Source: a phage
Strand: one strand, 5' to 3'
Length of the DNA: 64,000 nucleotides
Sequence record: PV467749.1
Made by a program: the position numbers and the translations under genes. Position 1 is the stretch's first letter; each line of letters begins with the position of its first letter. Shown here piece by piece: positions 55,690 through 63,970 of the stretch. The notes below the pieces were generated by a model. The model worked only from the letters and a program-made list of their open reading frames with translations. It was not told where the DNA came from and ran no database searches.

Positions 55690-56324
55690 AATCCTATTTC
55701 CTTTAAATCTTCCAAAAATGTTTCATAATCACTTAAGGAAAAAAAGATATCCGTATCGATGTTCGCATCTAATACATTATACAAATTCTGCATCTGTAAC
55801 ACATCAGGAGCATCAATCAATGATTGCTGGAAATATGCAGCTTCATCTTCTAAAATATCCCTGAATGATCTCTCTCGTACTCTGTGGTGTACTGAATTGA
55901 ATATTGATTTCTCATCCTTAAGCATTGGTAGGTATCGAATGTACATGTGTTCTCTTAGCTCTGGACTGATGGAACCCCTGAACTGTAACACGTATTCGAA
56001 GCACATAACAACATCCTGAAGGTAATTGGCACTGTAATTATTGCTGTAAACAATCTTATGACTTCTGAACTCATCATCATTTCTGAACCAATTGTCACCT
56101 ACTCTGGTGTACTTATGACTAAGCAATCCACCCTCTAACGCTTTGATGATCTTCAAAATGTTGTGTGCAAATGCATATGATGTATTGTACTTGGCCTGAT
56201 ACATGTGTGCCTCAACCTTATCTTGTGTTAAAATATTCACTGAAATGATTATAACACAAAAGCACCACGATGTTAAGCACTCTGTTGTCAAAATCATCTT
56301 GTGATGTAGGATGCAAGGACGCAT
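55686..56324 (-). CDS. array family A member
   Basis: 212 aa track ORF; core EAAYFQQSLI; probable start at internal Met near 56204 (GAGG RBS). Confidence 0.6.
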   Translation of the reverse strand: MRPCILHHKMILTTECLTSWCFCVIIISVNILTQDKVEAHMYQAKYNTSYAFAHNILKIIKALEGGLLSHKYTRVGDNWFRNDDEFRSHKIVYSNNYSANYLQDVVMCFEYVLQFRGSISPELREHMYIRYLPMLKDEKSIFNSVHHRVRERSFRDILEDEAAYFQQSLIDAPDVLQMQNLYNVLDANIDTDIFFSLSDYETFLEDLKEIGL

Positions 56325-56412
56325 TGATGTTAAAATTCACTATATCATTGTGGAATTGGTATGTGAACAAATCAAACTTCGTATGCCTTTGTTTGATATC
56401 ATAGGCGGTCAT
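56218..56412 (-). CDS. small hypothetical protein (64 aa)
   Basis: ATG start; stop overlaps the RBS of the downstream family A gene; becomes non-overlapping if the 55686 gene starts at the internal Met. Confidence 0.4.
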   Translation of the reverse strand: MTAYDIKQRHTKFDLFTYQFHNDIVNFNINASLHPTSQDDFDNRVLNIVVLLCYNHFSEYFNTR

Positions 56413-56413
56413 A

Positions 56414-57022
56414 TTATATATTCAACCCTTTAACAATGGAAATAAATTCTTTGTATACATTTTCAGGTAAAGCTCTACTACCATAAAGAACACTAAATTC
56501 AGGTAACATATCCGAAATCTCTTTCGCTAAATTTATTTCATCCCTGAACATTTGCACAGGCATGATATCCTGTACCAATGATAACTGAAAGAAAAATGAT
56601 TCAATATCTTCATGCACCTCTGAATTTAAATAAATCTCTTCTGGAAACTGGGCTGTACTGTAATAATAAAATACGTCAATTCTTTTTTCATTATTTTGTA
56701 CAAGAGGTAAATTTCTTTCGTCTCTCTTATTAATATTTGTTTTCCATGACTCAATGTTATTCGGAACCCAAAACTCATAAGGTGTCTTCTCTCCTGAAAT
56801 ATTATCCAGCTTCAATCCATAATATTCACTTTCGCCGTACTTTTGCTTCAAAACAATACCTGTACTACTAATGTTTACAATGTACGTATCAACAATCCCT
56901 TCTGTGGTAAAAGGAATATTTAACTCTGAACCTTCAGGGTACTTAGCATTGAATGCATCTAATGCTTTACTTAGCACTGGAATTGCACTTGTACTGTACT
57001 TCATTAATTGGTCTATGTTCAT
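56414..57022 (-). CDS. array family A member
   Basis: 202 aa; core ESFFFQLSLV. Confidence 0.6.
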   Translation of the reverse strand: MNIDQLMKYSTSAIPVLSKALDAFNAKYPEGSELNIPFTTEGIVDTYIVNISSTGIVLKQKYGESEYYGLKLDNISGEKTPYEFWVPNNIESWKTNINKRDERNLPLVQNNEKRIDVFYYYSTAQFPEEIYLNSEVHEDIESFFFQLSLVQDIMPVQMFRDEINLAKEISDMLPEFSVLYGSRALPENVYKEFISIVKGLNI

Positions 57023-57603
57023 TTTAATTCCCCTGTAATCATACTGATATTTGAACGATACATATCGTACACTGTACTTTCTTTCTTGTGCACAATGAAA
57101 TCATAAAGATCAACAAATGCAGGAATAATAATCTTGAATGATTTATTTGGGTACGTCCCAAAATCAACTGTACTCAATTTTGCAACGAGCATAACAACAA
57201 AGATTTCTTCTGGACTATGCAATGTACTGTACTGAAAATATTCCTCAGCACTCATGGCACTTATTGCATTTATATCTTGTGTTTGTAATGTAATATTAAG
57301 ATATTCAAAAATAGAATAAAACTCTGATTTTGTTTGTATTTTGTATTTGTCAATTGGGGTATCTCTCATGAACCATAAACGGTCCTGACCATAAAAAGGA
57401 ATGATTGAATTTGGGGAACCCAAAAAAACTTCTTCTCTATCAATATCCTTTAACTCAATTTGCATACCGGATGAATTGGCAATAATTAATTCATTAAAAA
57501 TGTAATGAACCTTGTGTACAATCTCTTGTACTGAATTGAAATCATCTGGTATTTTAAAATTTTCCATAGGTATCTCCTTAAAAATGATTACACATTGTAC
57601 CAT
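57019..57603 (-). CDS. array family A member
   Basis: 194 aa; core AEEYFQYSTL. Confidence 0.6.
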   Translation of the reverse strand: MVQCVIIFKEIPMENFKIPDDFNSVQEIVHKVHYIFNELIIANSSGMQIELKDIDREEVFLGSPNSIIPFYGQDRLWFMRDTPIDKYKIQTKSEFYSIFEYLNITLQTQDINAISAMSAEEYFQYSTLHSPEEIFVVMLVAKLSTVDFGTYPNKSFKIIIPAFVDLYDFIVHKKESTVYDMYRSNISMITGELK

Positions 57604-57640
57604 GCATTTGTACTCGTGTCAAACAAAAAAAGCCCATATC

Positions 57641-58138
57641 TTACGATACAGGCATGTTTATTTGAATTTCATTGTACAAATCATCAATATATAGACATGA
57701 AAACGATAAACTTTCTTTAACTATATTGTTGTGATAAAGCATTTTAAACACTATATAGAAAAATAAATCAATATCATCATGAACTAAATTCTGCTGGAAC
57801 CACCACTCTTCTGTTAAATCTTGTGCATTAAAATCATCAGGAACTTCAATTGACGACATATCAGCATCTTCTTTGTACTCAAACCACATGTCGTCATTTG
57901 GAAAACGTTCATGCTTCTCTGGGTAACAATTGCTGGGATTAAATGCTAAAATATAAAATACCGTCGCAGAATGTTCTTTATTAAAAAATGAATTATTCCA
58001 CACCTGATACCTTTCACCAACATCAAGCTCTTTTGATACTGATGTTATTGCACATAATGTACGATATATTGTTTCTATTTTGTGAACAAATTTAAAGGCT
58101 GCATCTAAACTAAACTCTAAATCAGACATGCGGTGCAT
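57641..58138 (-). CDS. array family A member
   Basis: 165 aa; core EEWWFQQNLV. Confidence 0.6.
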   Translation of the reverse strand: MHRMSDLEFSLDAAFKFVHKIETIYRTLCAITSVSKELDVGERYQVWNNSFFNKEHSATVFYILAFNPSNCYPEKHERFPNDDMWFEYKEDADMSSIEVPDDFNAQDLTEEWWFQQNLVHDDIDLFFYIVFKMLYHNNIVKESLSFSCLYIDDLYNEIQINMPVS

Positions 58139-58458
58139 AAAATTACCTCAACTAAAATAAGAACGGTATTGAATTCGAGGCAACCTTTGATACCTTGATT
58201 GTACATGTACTTTGCTACTACATATTTCTGTACTAAATTATAATTATTAAATTCCTCAAAATTGTAATTTAGAATGAAATTTGTACTCAAAAATAACTTA
58301 TGCATCTCTAATGCACTCTGATAATATTTGTACAACTCACTGATATCAATACTTTGTAAATCACTTTGTTCATATGTATGATAAGGAATGGCGTCAATAT
58401 CAATATTATTAAACCATTCTCTTAACTTATTAATATCAAATGTATTATTCAGCTTCAT
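58117..58458 (-). CDS. array ORF, divergent family A-like
   Basis: 113 aa; ISELYKYYQSAL. Confidence 0.45.
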   Translation of the reverse strand: MKLNNTFDINKLREWFNNIDIDAIPYHTYEQSDLQSIDISELYKYYQSALEMHKLFLSTNFILNYNFEEFNNYNLVQKYVVAKYMYNQGIKGCLEFNTVLILVEVILCTACLI

Positions 58459-59023
58459 AACTCAATACCTCCATTAAGCACTCATAAACACCATCAATCG
58501 CATAAGCACAAAAACTGAAATTAATTTTGTTATTCTTGTGTAATGGACTATCGTGTACTGTACTCAACATAACACTATAAAACAAAGAACGTTCATGTGT
58601 AAATAATGATTCCTGAAAAAATGCTTCCTCTGATTTAATTTTATTATATTCAATCGATTGATCATTAGAATAAAATGAATCTTGATTTGAATTGTACCAT
58701 GTGTAATCCAAATCATTCTTTGATATAACTGGTGTTGGATTAAACTGTAAAAGACTAATAACACTACGGGCATTTGGGGTATCAGGTGTATTGAATCGTT
58801 TATCAAAATGACTCGTGCACGCAATATGTGAATCAAAATCAGATGGTTTAAACCCCATGAATGCGTTAATGATTCTTGTATATGGTTTTTTATTATGTGC
58901 TGCTTTCTGTACATTATATAAGGCTGCAACAATACAAGCTAACTTTTGTCCCATAAGGATTGCATTAGCGTAGGTGTACTGAATTTCATTGTACTCATTG
59001 CTTTCATTGTACTTCGAGATCAT
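58445..59023 (-). CDS. array family A member
   Basis: 192 aa; core EEAFFQESLF. Confidence 0.6.
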   Translation of the reverse strand: MISKYNESNEYNEIQYTYANAILMGQKLACIVAALYNVQKAAHNKKPYTRIINAFMGFKPSDFDSHIACTSHFDKRFNTPDTPNARSVISLLQFNPTPVISKNDLDYTWYNSNQDSFYSNDQSIEYNKIKSEEAFFQESLFTHERSLFYSVMLSTVHDSPLHKNNKINFSFCAYAIDGVYECLMEVLSYEAE

Positions 59024-59345
59024 GGAACAGCCTCACTTTGCCTAACTCGTCATTGGATATAAATTCGTTAACAGCTTTCTGTATATTCCTTAATAATAGC
59101 ACATCAAATCCTTTTGTGTCAAGCACACATTGCATTTGGAAGAATTCTTCTTCTGATAATGTATTAAAATCCACAAAATTGTCTAATATTACGTCATTAT
59201 CCAAATGTGCCATGTGCCATGTATTTCTTTCGGAGCGTTTAATAAAATTCCATCCATCTGGATAATCGGGTTCTAATTCTACATATATCCCCGATACTGT
59301 ATAAAGCATTTTATATATCATAACTATTGTACTCATTGCTTTCAC
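59004..59345 (-). CDS. array family A member (near-duplicate pair)
   Basis: 113 aa; DFNTLSEEEFFQMQCVLD. Confidence 0.65.
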   Translation of the reverse strand: MKAMSTIVMIYKMLYTVSGIYVELEPDYPDGWNFIKRSERNTWHMAHLDNDVILDNFVDFNTLSEEEFFQMQCVLDTKGFDVLLLRNIQKAVNEFISNDELGKVRLFHDLEVQ

Positions 59346-59653
59346 TGTACGTCGATGTCATAATACGCTCCTACCTCATAATCTTTCTTGCTTTGGAATT
59401 CATTAACGACTTTCTGTATATTTCTTAATGTTACCATGTCATGTCCGTACATGTCAACCACCAATTGCATTTGGAAAAATTCTTCTTCAGATAATGTATT
59501 AAAATCTATAAAATAATCCGTAACAACATGTTCGTCTAAATTTGCCATGTACCATTGATTGGTATCGACCTCTTTAACCAAATTCCATGCATCTGGATCG
59601 GATTCTAATTCTACATATATTAATGTTAATGTATACAGCATTTTATACTTCAT
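59342..59653 (-). CDS. array family A member (near-duplicate pair)
   Basis: 103 aa; DFNTLSEEEFFQMQLVVD. Confidence 0.65.
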   Translation of the reverse strand: MKYKMLYTLTLIYVELESDPDAWNLVKEVDTNQWYMANLDEHVVTDYFIDFNTLSEEEFFQMQLVVDMYGHDMVTLRNIQKVVNEFQSKKDYEVGAYYDIDVQ

Positions 59654-60203
59654 AACTATATCCTTGCATTAAAAGAACATAAGCAATATCAACTAATTCT
59701 AAACGAATGAAAAATTTTAAATTATCTTTCAATAGATTCAAATGCATTATACTAAACAACATAAGATACTTCATTTGATTTGTATTGTATATTAGGGATG
59801 TCTGAAATACTTCTGCTTCATTGTAAGGATCAATAAATTTTATACCTTCTTCACTGTAATCCGTTTTGGAATTCTGATATATAAAATAATCATCACCAGC
59901 ATTGTACCACAAATAACCTTCAAAACTAGAATCAAATTCTGAATTTTCATTTCGCATTAAAGGTGATACTGAAATTGGATTTGAACCAACTGTTGCACAA
60001 ACCTCAATGTAAGCATCTTCACTTCCCTTAACTTCCTCTTTGATTTTATCATTGTACTGTCCTGCAAAACCAGCTTTTACTTCCAAATATAAACTACTCC
60101 CAACTTTATTAATTCTTAAAAGGGAACTCTGTACTGTATTCGCATTGTTCAGCACTAACGATATTGTGCAAATCTTATGTACCAATAACTCAATATCATT
60201 CAT
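59643..60203 (-). CDS. array family A member
   Basis: 186 aa; core EAEVFQTSLI. Confidence 0.6.
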   Translation of the reverse strand: MNDIELLVHKICTISLVLNNANTVQSSLLRINKVGSSLYLEVKAGFAGQYNDKIKEEVKGSEDAYIEVCATVGSNPISVSPLMRNENSEFDSSFEGYLWYNAGDDYFIYQNSKTDYSEEGIKFIDPYNEAEVFQTSLIYNTNQMKYLMLFSIMHLNLLKDNLKFFIRLELVDIAYVLLMQGYSYEV

Positions 60204-60214
60204 ATTGGTATTCC

Positions 60215-60397
60215 TTAATTTGGTGGATTTGGATGTAATAAACGATCTTGATAATTTAAATGCTCTTGTAATATTGCACTAAGATAATAACTAAAATCAT
60301 TAATTCCACCCTTTAAATGTATATTGTAATACATCTTAATGCTTGTAATCAATGAATTATTTAAATCATCAAATGTTCTTGCTTCATATGATTTCAT
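60215..60397 (-). CDS. small hypothetical protein (60 aa)
   Basis: short ORF between array members. Confidence 0.35.
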   Translation of the reverse strand: MKSYEARTFDDLNNSLITSIKMYYNIHLKGGINDFSYYLSAILQEHLNYQDRLLHPNPPN

Positions 60398-60536
60398 TAA
60401 AATTCTTCCCTCAAATAACGCTTAATGGCACAATCTAAATAAAAATCATAATACATCATATCTCTATTCTTAACCCATACACAATAATCTGCATTAATAT
60501 TTCTTAATAATATATTCATATTATAATCTTCACACC

Positions 60537-60947
60537 CTAATCGTGCCATTTAATAGGATACTCCGTTCCATTTATTGTATAAGATATAATCCATCCGTAA
60601 TGAATAGGATGATTTTTGTCTGAAACAGGAATAAAATATAAAGATGTACTAGGATTATAACTGAATAAATCGTTGTTACCAATTGTAAAATGTGATAACT
60701 CAATCTTCCTTGTACCTGTACTTGGACGAAGAACATTCTTAACACCGAAGACTGTACCTTGATATTTCTCGGAAAATTCAAACAATGCATCTGCAATTAA
60801 ATCACGAAACTCCGCATGTATGGTTTCAAAAAAATCTATATTACACGATGTTTTAATATCCTTGAACTCCTTATATAAAGAGCTTCTTGTATTCAAAAGA
60901 AATATTACTTTTTTAAGATCCTGAACTATTTCTGGATTCATATTCAT
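60537..60947 (-). CDS. hypothetical protein, not family A
   Basis: 136 aa; no FQ core. Confidence 0.5.
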   Translation of the reverse strand: MNMNPEIVQDLKKVIFLLNTRSSLYKEFKDIKTSCNIDFFETIHAEFRDLIADALFEFSEKYQGTVFGVKNVLRPSTGTRKIELSHFTIGNNDLFSYNPSTSLYFIPVSDKNHPIHYGWIISYTINGTEYPIKWHD

Positions 60948-61188
60948 TTATCTCATTCTGTAACTTAAGCATCAAAATTTGCATATTAATTTTTTGTACA
61001 AGATGATTGAGAAATTTCTGTACTGTATCTTCTTGTTCTTTTGTACCAAGATAAAATAACATATTAAATTCAGATAATCTCAGAGCGAAATCTTCCTCTC
61101 CCCCTAGTAAACAAAAATCCCTGTACTTTGAAGCATACAAATAAGCATCTATCTTTTTATAATTCACTGTACTTCCTTTCATATGCAT
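60913..61188 (-). CDS. family B small protein
   Basis: 91 aa; LFYLGTKEQEDTVQKFLNHL. Confidence 0.5.
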   Translation of the reverse strand: MHMKGSTVNYKKIDAYLYASKYRDFCLLGGEEDFALRLSEFNMLFYLGTKEQEDTVQKFLNHLVQKINMQILMLKLQNEINEYESRNSSGS

Positions 61189-61199
61189 TAGGTATCTCC

Positions 61200-61511
61200 T
61201 TATATATTGACATGTTTTGTTATCCCTGCTGTACCTTGTATTAAATTATCATACATATCGAGCATCACTTTTTGAATACTAATTAATACTGGCATCGTGC
61301 AAATATCAATGTCGTATATTAAGCTGTACTGGAATAATTCCTCTTCCTGCATTTGTACTAAATTAGGTAAAAGATAATTGTCTGCCTCTTCATCCTGGTA
61401 CTTGAAATGCATAACACCATCCTTTTTGTACAAAAGAATGTCAATATCACCTAACTCTTCTGCATAACCAAAAATACATATACTCGATGTTTTTGCTATA
61501 TTAAATTTCAT
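61200..61511 (-). CDS. array family A member
   Basis: 103 aa; core EEELFQYSLI. Confidence 0.6.
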   Translation of the reverse strand: MKFNIAKTSSICIFGYAEELGDIDILLYKKDGVMHFKYQDEEADNYLLPNLVQMQEEELFQYSLIYDIDICTMPVLISIQKVMLDMYDNLIQGTAGITKHVNI

Positions 61512-61520
61512 ATTCTTCTC

Positions 61521-61871
61521 TTATATGTAGAATTCACATACGCGTTGAACAAAATTCTTTGGAAGATGACAATGTGCAATCATCTGCTTTTGTACTTCCT
61601 TCATGTCTTCGAATGTAAATCCTAAAGAATCATCATGTACTAACAAGTACTGAAACTCTTCTTCTTCAGAGATAGAACATAAATTCGGTACTGAAATTGT
61701 TTTTGCTTTTCTTGCACCCAATTTCCAATGAAAAGAATTATTGCATTTTCTGTACTCAAATATCTTCAACCCAGAACCTGTATTAAAATCAGCTACTACA
61801 ATGTAACATGAATTCTTACGTACAATACAATTGAACTTACGCATTATCTCCACCTCTCTCCGTCTGTACAA
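61521..61871 (-). CDS. array family A member
   Basis: 116 aa track ORF; core EEEEFQYLLV; probable start at Met10 (61844) behind a GGAGAGAGGTGGAG RBS. Confidence 0.6.
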   Translation of the reverse strand: MYRRREVEIMRKFNCIVRKNSCYIVVADFNTGSGLKIFEYRKCNNSFHWKLGARKAKTISVPNLCSISEEEEFQYLLVHDDSLGFTFEDMKEVQKQMIAHCHLPKNFVQRVCEFYI

Positions 61872-62089
61872 GAGTACTGGTACGTTGTCGTTAGGGTAGG
61901 GACCATGTTTGTAATGGGCATATTATTAACAATAACGGTAACAGGCATAAGAATCGTCTCTTCTCTACTCTGTCCTGTCCTTGTGCAATTCATCTTTTGC
62001 ATTTCATCGGACTCCATGAAATACAATACAAATGGTGCAATCCCAAGAACAATACACAAGACGATAAGGAAATTTAAAAAATTCAACAT
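61844..62089 (-). CDS. small membrane protein (81 aa) embedded in the array
   Basis: ATG 62089..62087 with GGGG RBS; hydrophobic LNFLNFLIVLCIVLGIAPFVLYF; stop TAA overlaps the downstream ATG (TAATG). Confidence 0.45.
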   Translation of the reverse strand: MLNFLNFLIVLCIVLGIAPFVLYFMESDEMQKMNCTRTGQSREETILMPVTVIVNNMPITNMVPTLTTTYQYSCTDGERWR

Positions 62090-62153
62090 AATTTTTACCC
62101 CATGATTAACGTACAGGTACTATATCAGTAATGAAAAGTACTGTCAAGTACTG

Positions 62154-62369
62154 TCATTTGCATTTGGACTTTATTTGACACATCAACCCCCAAATTAAAT
62201 ATCGAACACTATCAGCTTGATAGTTTGTTCCTACTGTGTGTTTTAAGATTAACTCATCTTTCAGTACTGAACATTCTGCATTAGATATAGGAAGAGAATT
62301 AATTCTTTTAATTTCTGGTTGTAAAGTCCTGATAAGATTGGTGTAATCTTTGTATGATAATCTTTTCAT
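62154..62369 (-). CDS. family B small protein (divergent)
   Basis: 71 aa; HTVGTNYQADSVRYLIWGL. Confidence 0.45.
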   Translation of the reverse strand: MKRLSYKDYTNLIRTLQPEIKRINSLPISNAECSVLKDELILKHTVGTNYQADSVRYLIWGLMCQIKSKCK

Positions 62370-62372
62370 TGT

Positions 62373-62714
62373 TCAGTACTCAACGATGTGTTCTTCATAA
62401 CCATTAAACTCCGGTTTAGTTTCTTTCATTAGGACTACCATTTTATGTACTAATGGCATAGGAAATTCTAAATCCCATACTAATGATTCTTGAAAGTATT
62501 CTTCTTCAGATAAAGTACTTAAATCTTTAATATCAACGTGCTTGTATATTTTATTTTCGTAATTAAGAAATGATATATATAAATCATTAACATAAGAATC
62601 ATAAGTAATTGTGAATGGCTTACCCTTGTAGTCCATTACATCTTTACATAGACTGCATTTGATATATGTATGTTCTTCTGAACTGTATACATTGAGTTGT
62701 ATATTAGTTTTCAT
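62373..62714 (-). CDS. array family A member (near-duplicate pair)
   Basis: 113 aa; MKTNIQLNVY...DLSTLSEEEYFQESLVWDLEFPMPLVHKMVVL. Confidence 0.65.
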   Translation of the reverse strand: MKTNIQLNVYSSEEHTYIKCSLCKDVMDYKGKPFTITYDSYVNDLYISFLNYENKIYKHVDIKDLSTLSEEEYFQESLVWDLEFPMPLVHKMVVLMKETKPEFNGYEEHIVEY

Positions 62715-62728
62715 AGTTACCTTATATA

Positions 62729-63067
62729 TTAATACTCAATAATGTGATCTTCATAACCATTAGGTACAGGCTTAGTTTCTTTTATTAGTACTATCATCTT
62801 ATGTACTAATGGCATAGGAAACTCCAAATCCCATACTAATGATTCTTGAAAGTATTCCTCTTCAGATAAAGTACTTAAATCTTCAATGTCAATGTGTTCG
62901 TACATGTTATATTTGTAATCAGCAAAAGATATATAAAAACCTCTTGTATTATCATAAGTAAGTGCAAATGGCTTACCTTTGTAGTCCATTACAGAGTTAC
63001 ATGTATGGCATTTGATGTATGTACTTGCAAATGATTTATATACCTTGAGTTTTATATTAGTTTTCAT
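62729..63067 (-). CDS. array family A member (near-duplicate pair)
   Basis: 112 aa; MKTNIKLKVY...DLSTLSEEEYFQESLVWDLEFPMPLVHKMIVL. Confidence 0.65.
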   Translation of the reverse strand: MKTNIKLKVYKSFASTYIKCHTCNSVMDYKGKPFALTYDNTRGFYISFADYKYNMYEHIDIEDLSTLSEEEYFQESLVWDLEFPMPLVHKMIVLIKETKPVPNGYEDHIIEY

Positions 63068-63341
63068 ATTTCTCTTTATTAGCTTGTTTAGATTGTTTGG
63101 TTTTATAGTGAATGAAATCTATTAATGTAATCAAGTACAACGTCAAATAGTACTCTTGTTGATCTGTACCTAATGATACAAAGAACTTGTGCTCATAGAT
63201 TAAAACCTGTTTCTCTTCAAATGGACATTTAATCCTCTGTATAGGCTTAAGTAAATGATAGTACTTATTAAATCTATGATACATTTCTAGTTCTGTCAGT
63301 ACTTTCATATTAAACATGTACTCCATTAGCTGTAGCATCAC
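63057..63341 (-). CDS. family B small protein
   Basis: 94 aa; FFVSLGTDQQEYYLTLYLITL. Confidence 0.45.
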   Translation of the reverse strand: MMLQLMEYMFNMKVLTELEMYHRFNKYYHLLKPIQRIKCPFEEKQVLIYEHKFFVSLGTDQQEYYLTLYLITLIDFIHYKTKQSKQANKEKYEN

Positions 63342-63531
63342 GTAAAGCTCTCAAATACTTCTGTACTGCTTGCTCTTGATGATCTGTACCTAAAAGTATA
63401 TACATCCATAATTCACTGTAATGTACATCTTGTGTATAAGGGTTGTTGTAACTTTTTGATAATATAGCATCAAATTCAGATGCATGAACCCTTGCGAACT
63501 TAAGCATATCTTGTTGTGTTATGATTCTCAT
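63310..63531 (-). CDS. family B small protein
   Basis: 73 aa; MYILLGTDHQEQAVQKYLRAL. Confidence 0.5.
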   Translation of the reverse strand: MRIITQQDMLKFARVHASEFDAILSKSYNNPYTQDVHYSELWMYILLGTDHQEQAVQKYLRALRDATANGVHV

Positions 63532-63743
63532 ATCTTTTCCTGTACTATCTGCATAAGAATCTCTATGTGTGAATTAACAGTTCTCTCTTGATGCTGTGTT
63601 CCTAAGAGTGTCAGTACTATCATCTCTGAACGCAAAAGATTTTTTTCAAGTTCACTTATATCAGTTCTTGAATCAAGTGCCATATATTTGTGATTATTCT
63701 TCCTGAATAGTGCCAAGTACTCTTGATTTGATATTTCCTTCAT
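63528..63743 (-). CDS. family B small protein
   Basis: 71 aa; LTLLGTQHQERTVNSHIEIL. Confidence 0.5.
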   Translation of the reverse strand: MKEISNQEYLALFRKNNHKYMALDSRTDISELEKNLLRSEMIVLTLLGTQHQERTVNSHIEILMQIVQEKI

Positions 63744-63970
63744 AGTTTATTCCTGATGCCATTTAAAAGTGCTCTAATATGCTCCTGTACGAATTTGTAC
63801 TGACTGTCTGTTCCTAGAGTGAGTAGTAATCTTAAATCTGAACTTTTGATATGATATTCTAAATCATTATTTGATTCTTGCATCAGTTTCTTAAAGGATG
63901 AGAAGTTTGCAGCCATTAGTTCAATGTATTCTGCTGTTCCTAGTGGTTTGTGTATTGGCTGTTTGTGCAT
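63740..63970 (-). CDS. family B small protein
   Basis: 76 aa; LLLTLGTDSQYKFVQEHIRAL. Confidence 0.5.
   Translation of the reverse strand: MHKQPIHKPLGTAEYIELMAANFSSFKKLMQESNNDLEYHIKSSDLRLLLTLGTDSQYKFVQEHIRALLNGIRNKL

Noticed and set aside
1874-60796. Minus-strand ORFs nested in other frames inside longer genes (1874..2107, 4385..4636, 10359..10568, 10791..10982, 13542..13739, 19127..19381, 22367..22588, 28568..28777, 34113..34331, 45677..45898, 45982..46248, 48438..48626, 49458..49643, 51906..52151, 52265..52480, 58564..58932, 60572..60796)
   Set aside because: Fully or largely contained within better-supported ORFs in a different frame. No independent RBS or start context.
907-62105. All plus-strand ORFs in the track (e.g. 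907..1260, 1954..2136, 3278..3505, 5474..5776, 6412..6636, 8796..9072, 11376..12794, 16407..16736, 25441..25962, 31769..31984, 61905..62105)
   Set aside because: Each lies antisense to a longer minus-strand ORF, many with recognisable domains. Their translations are low-complexity or hydrophobic with no motifs, and no gene-sized region is free of minus-strand coding. Treated as shadow ORFs.
35331-63067. Reading the family A core as a bona fide TEV/3C protease cleavage site
   Set aside because: The resemblance (x-x-Y/L-F-Q-x-S) is short, and no 3C-like cysteine protease was recognised in the window. Mentioned only as a hypothesis, not a call.
35331-63970. CRISPR array or non-coding tandem repeats as the explanation for the repetitive right half
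   Set aside because: The repetition is at the protein level, with full-length ORFs, variable spacing and divergent nucleotide sequence. There are no short identical direct repeats with uniform spacers.
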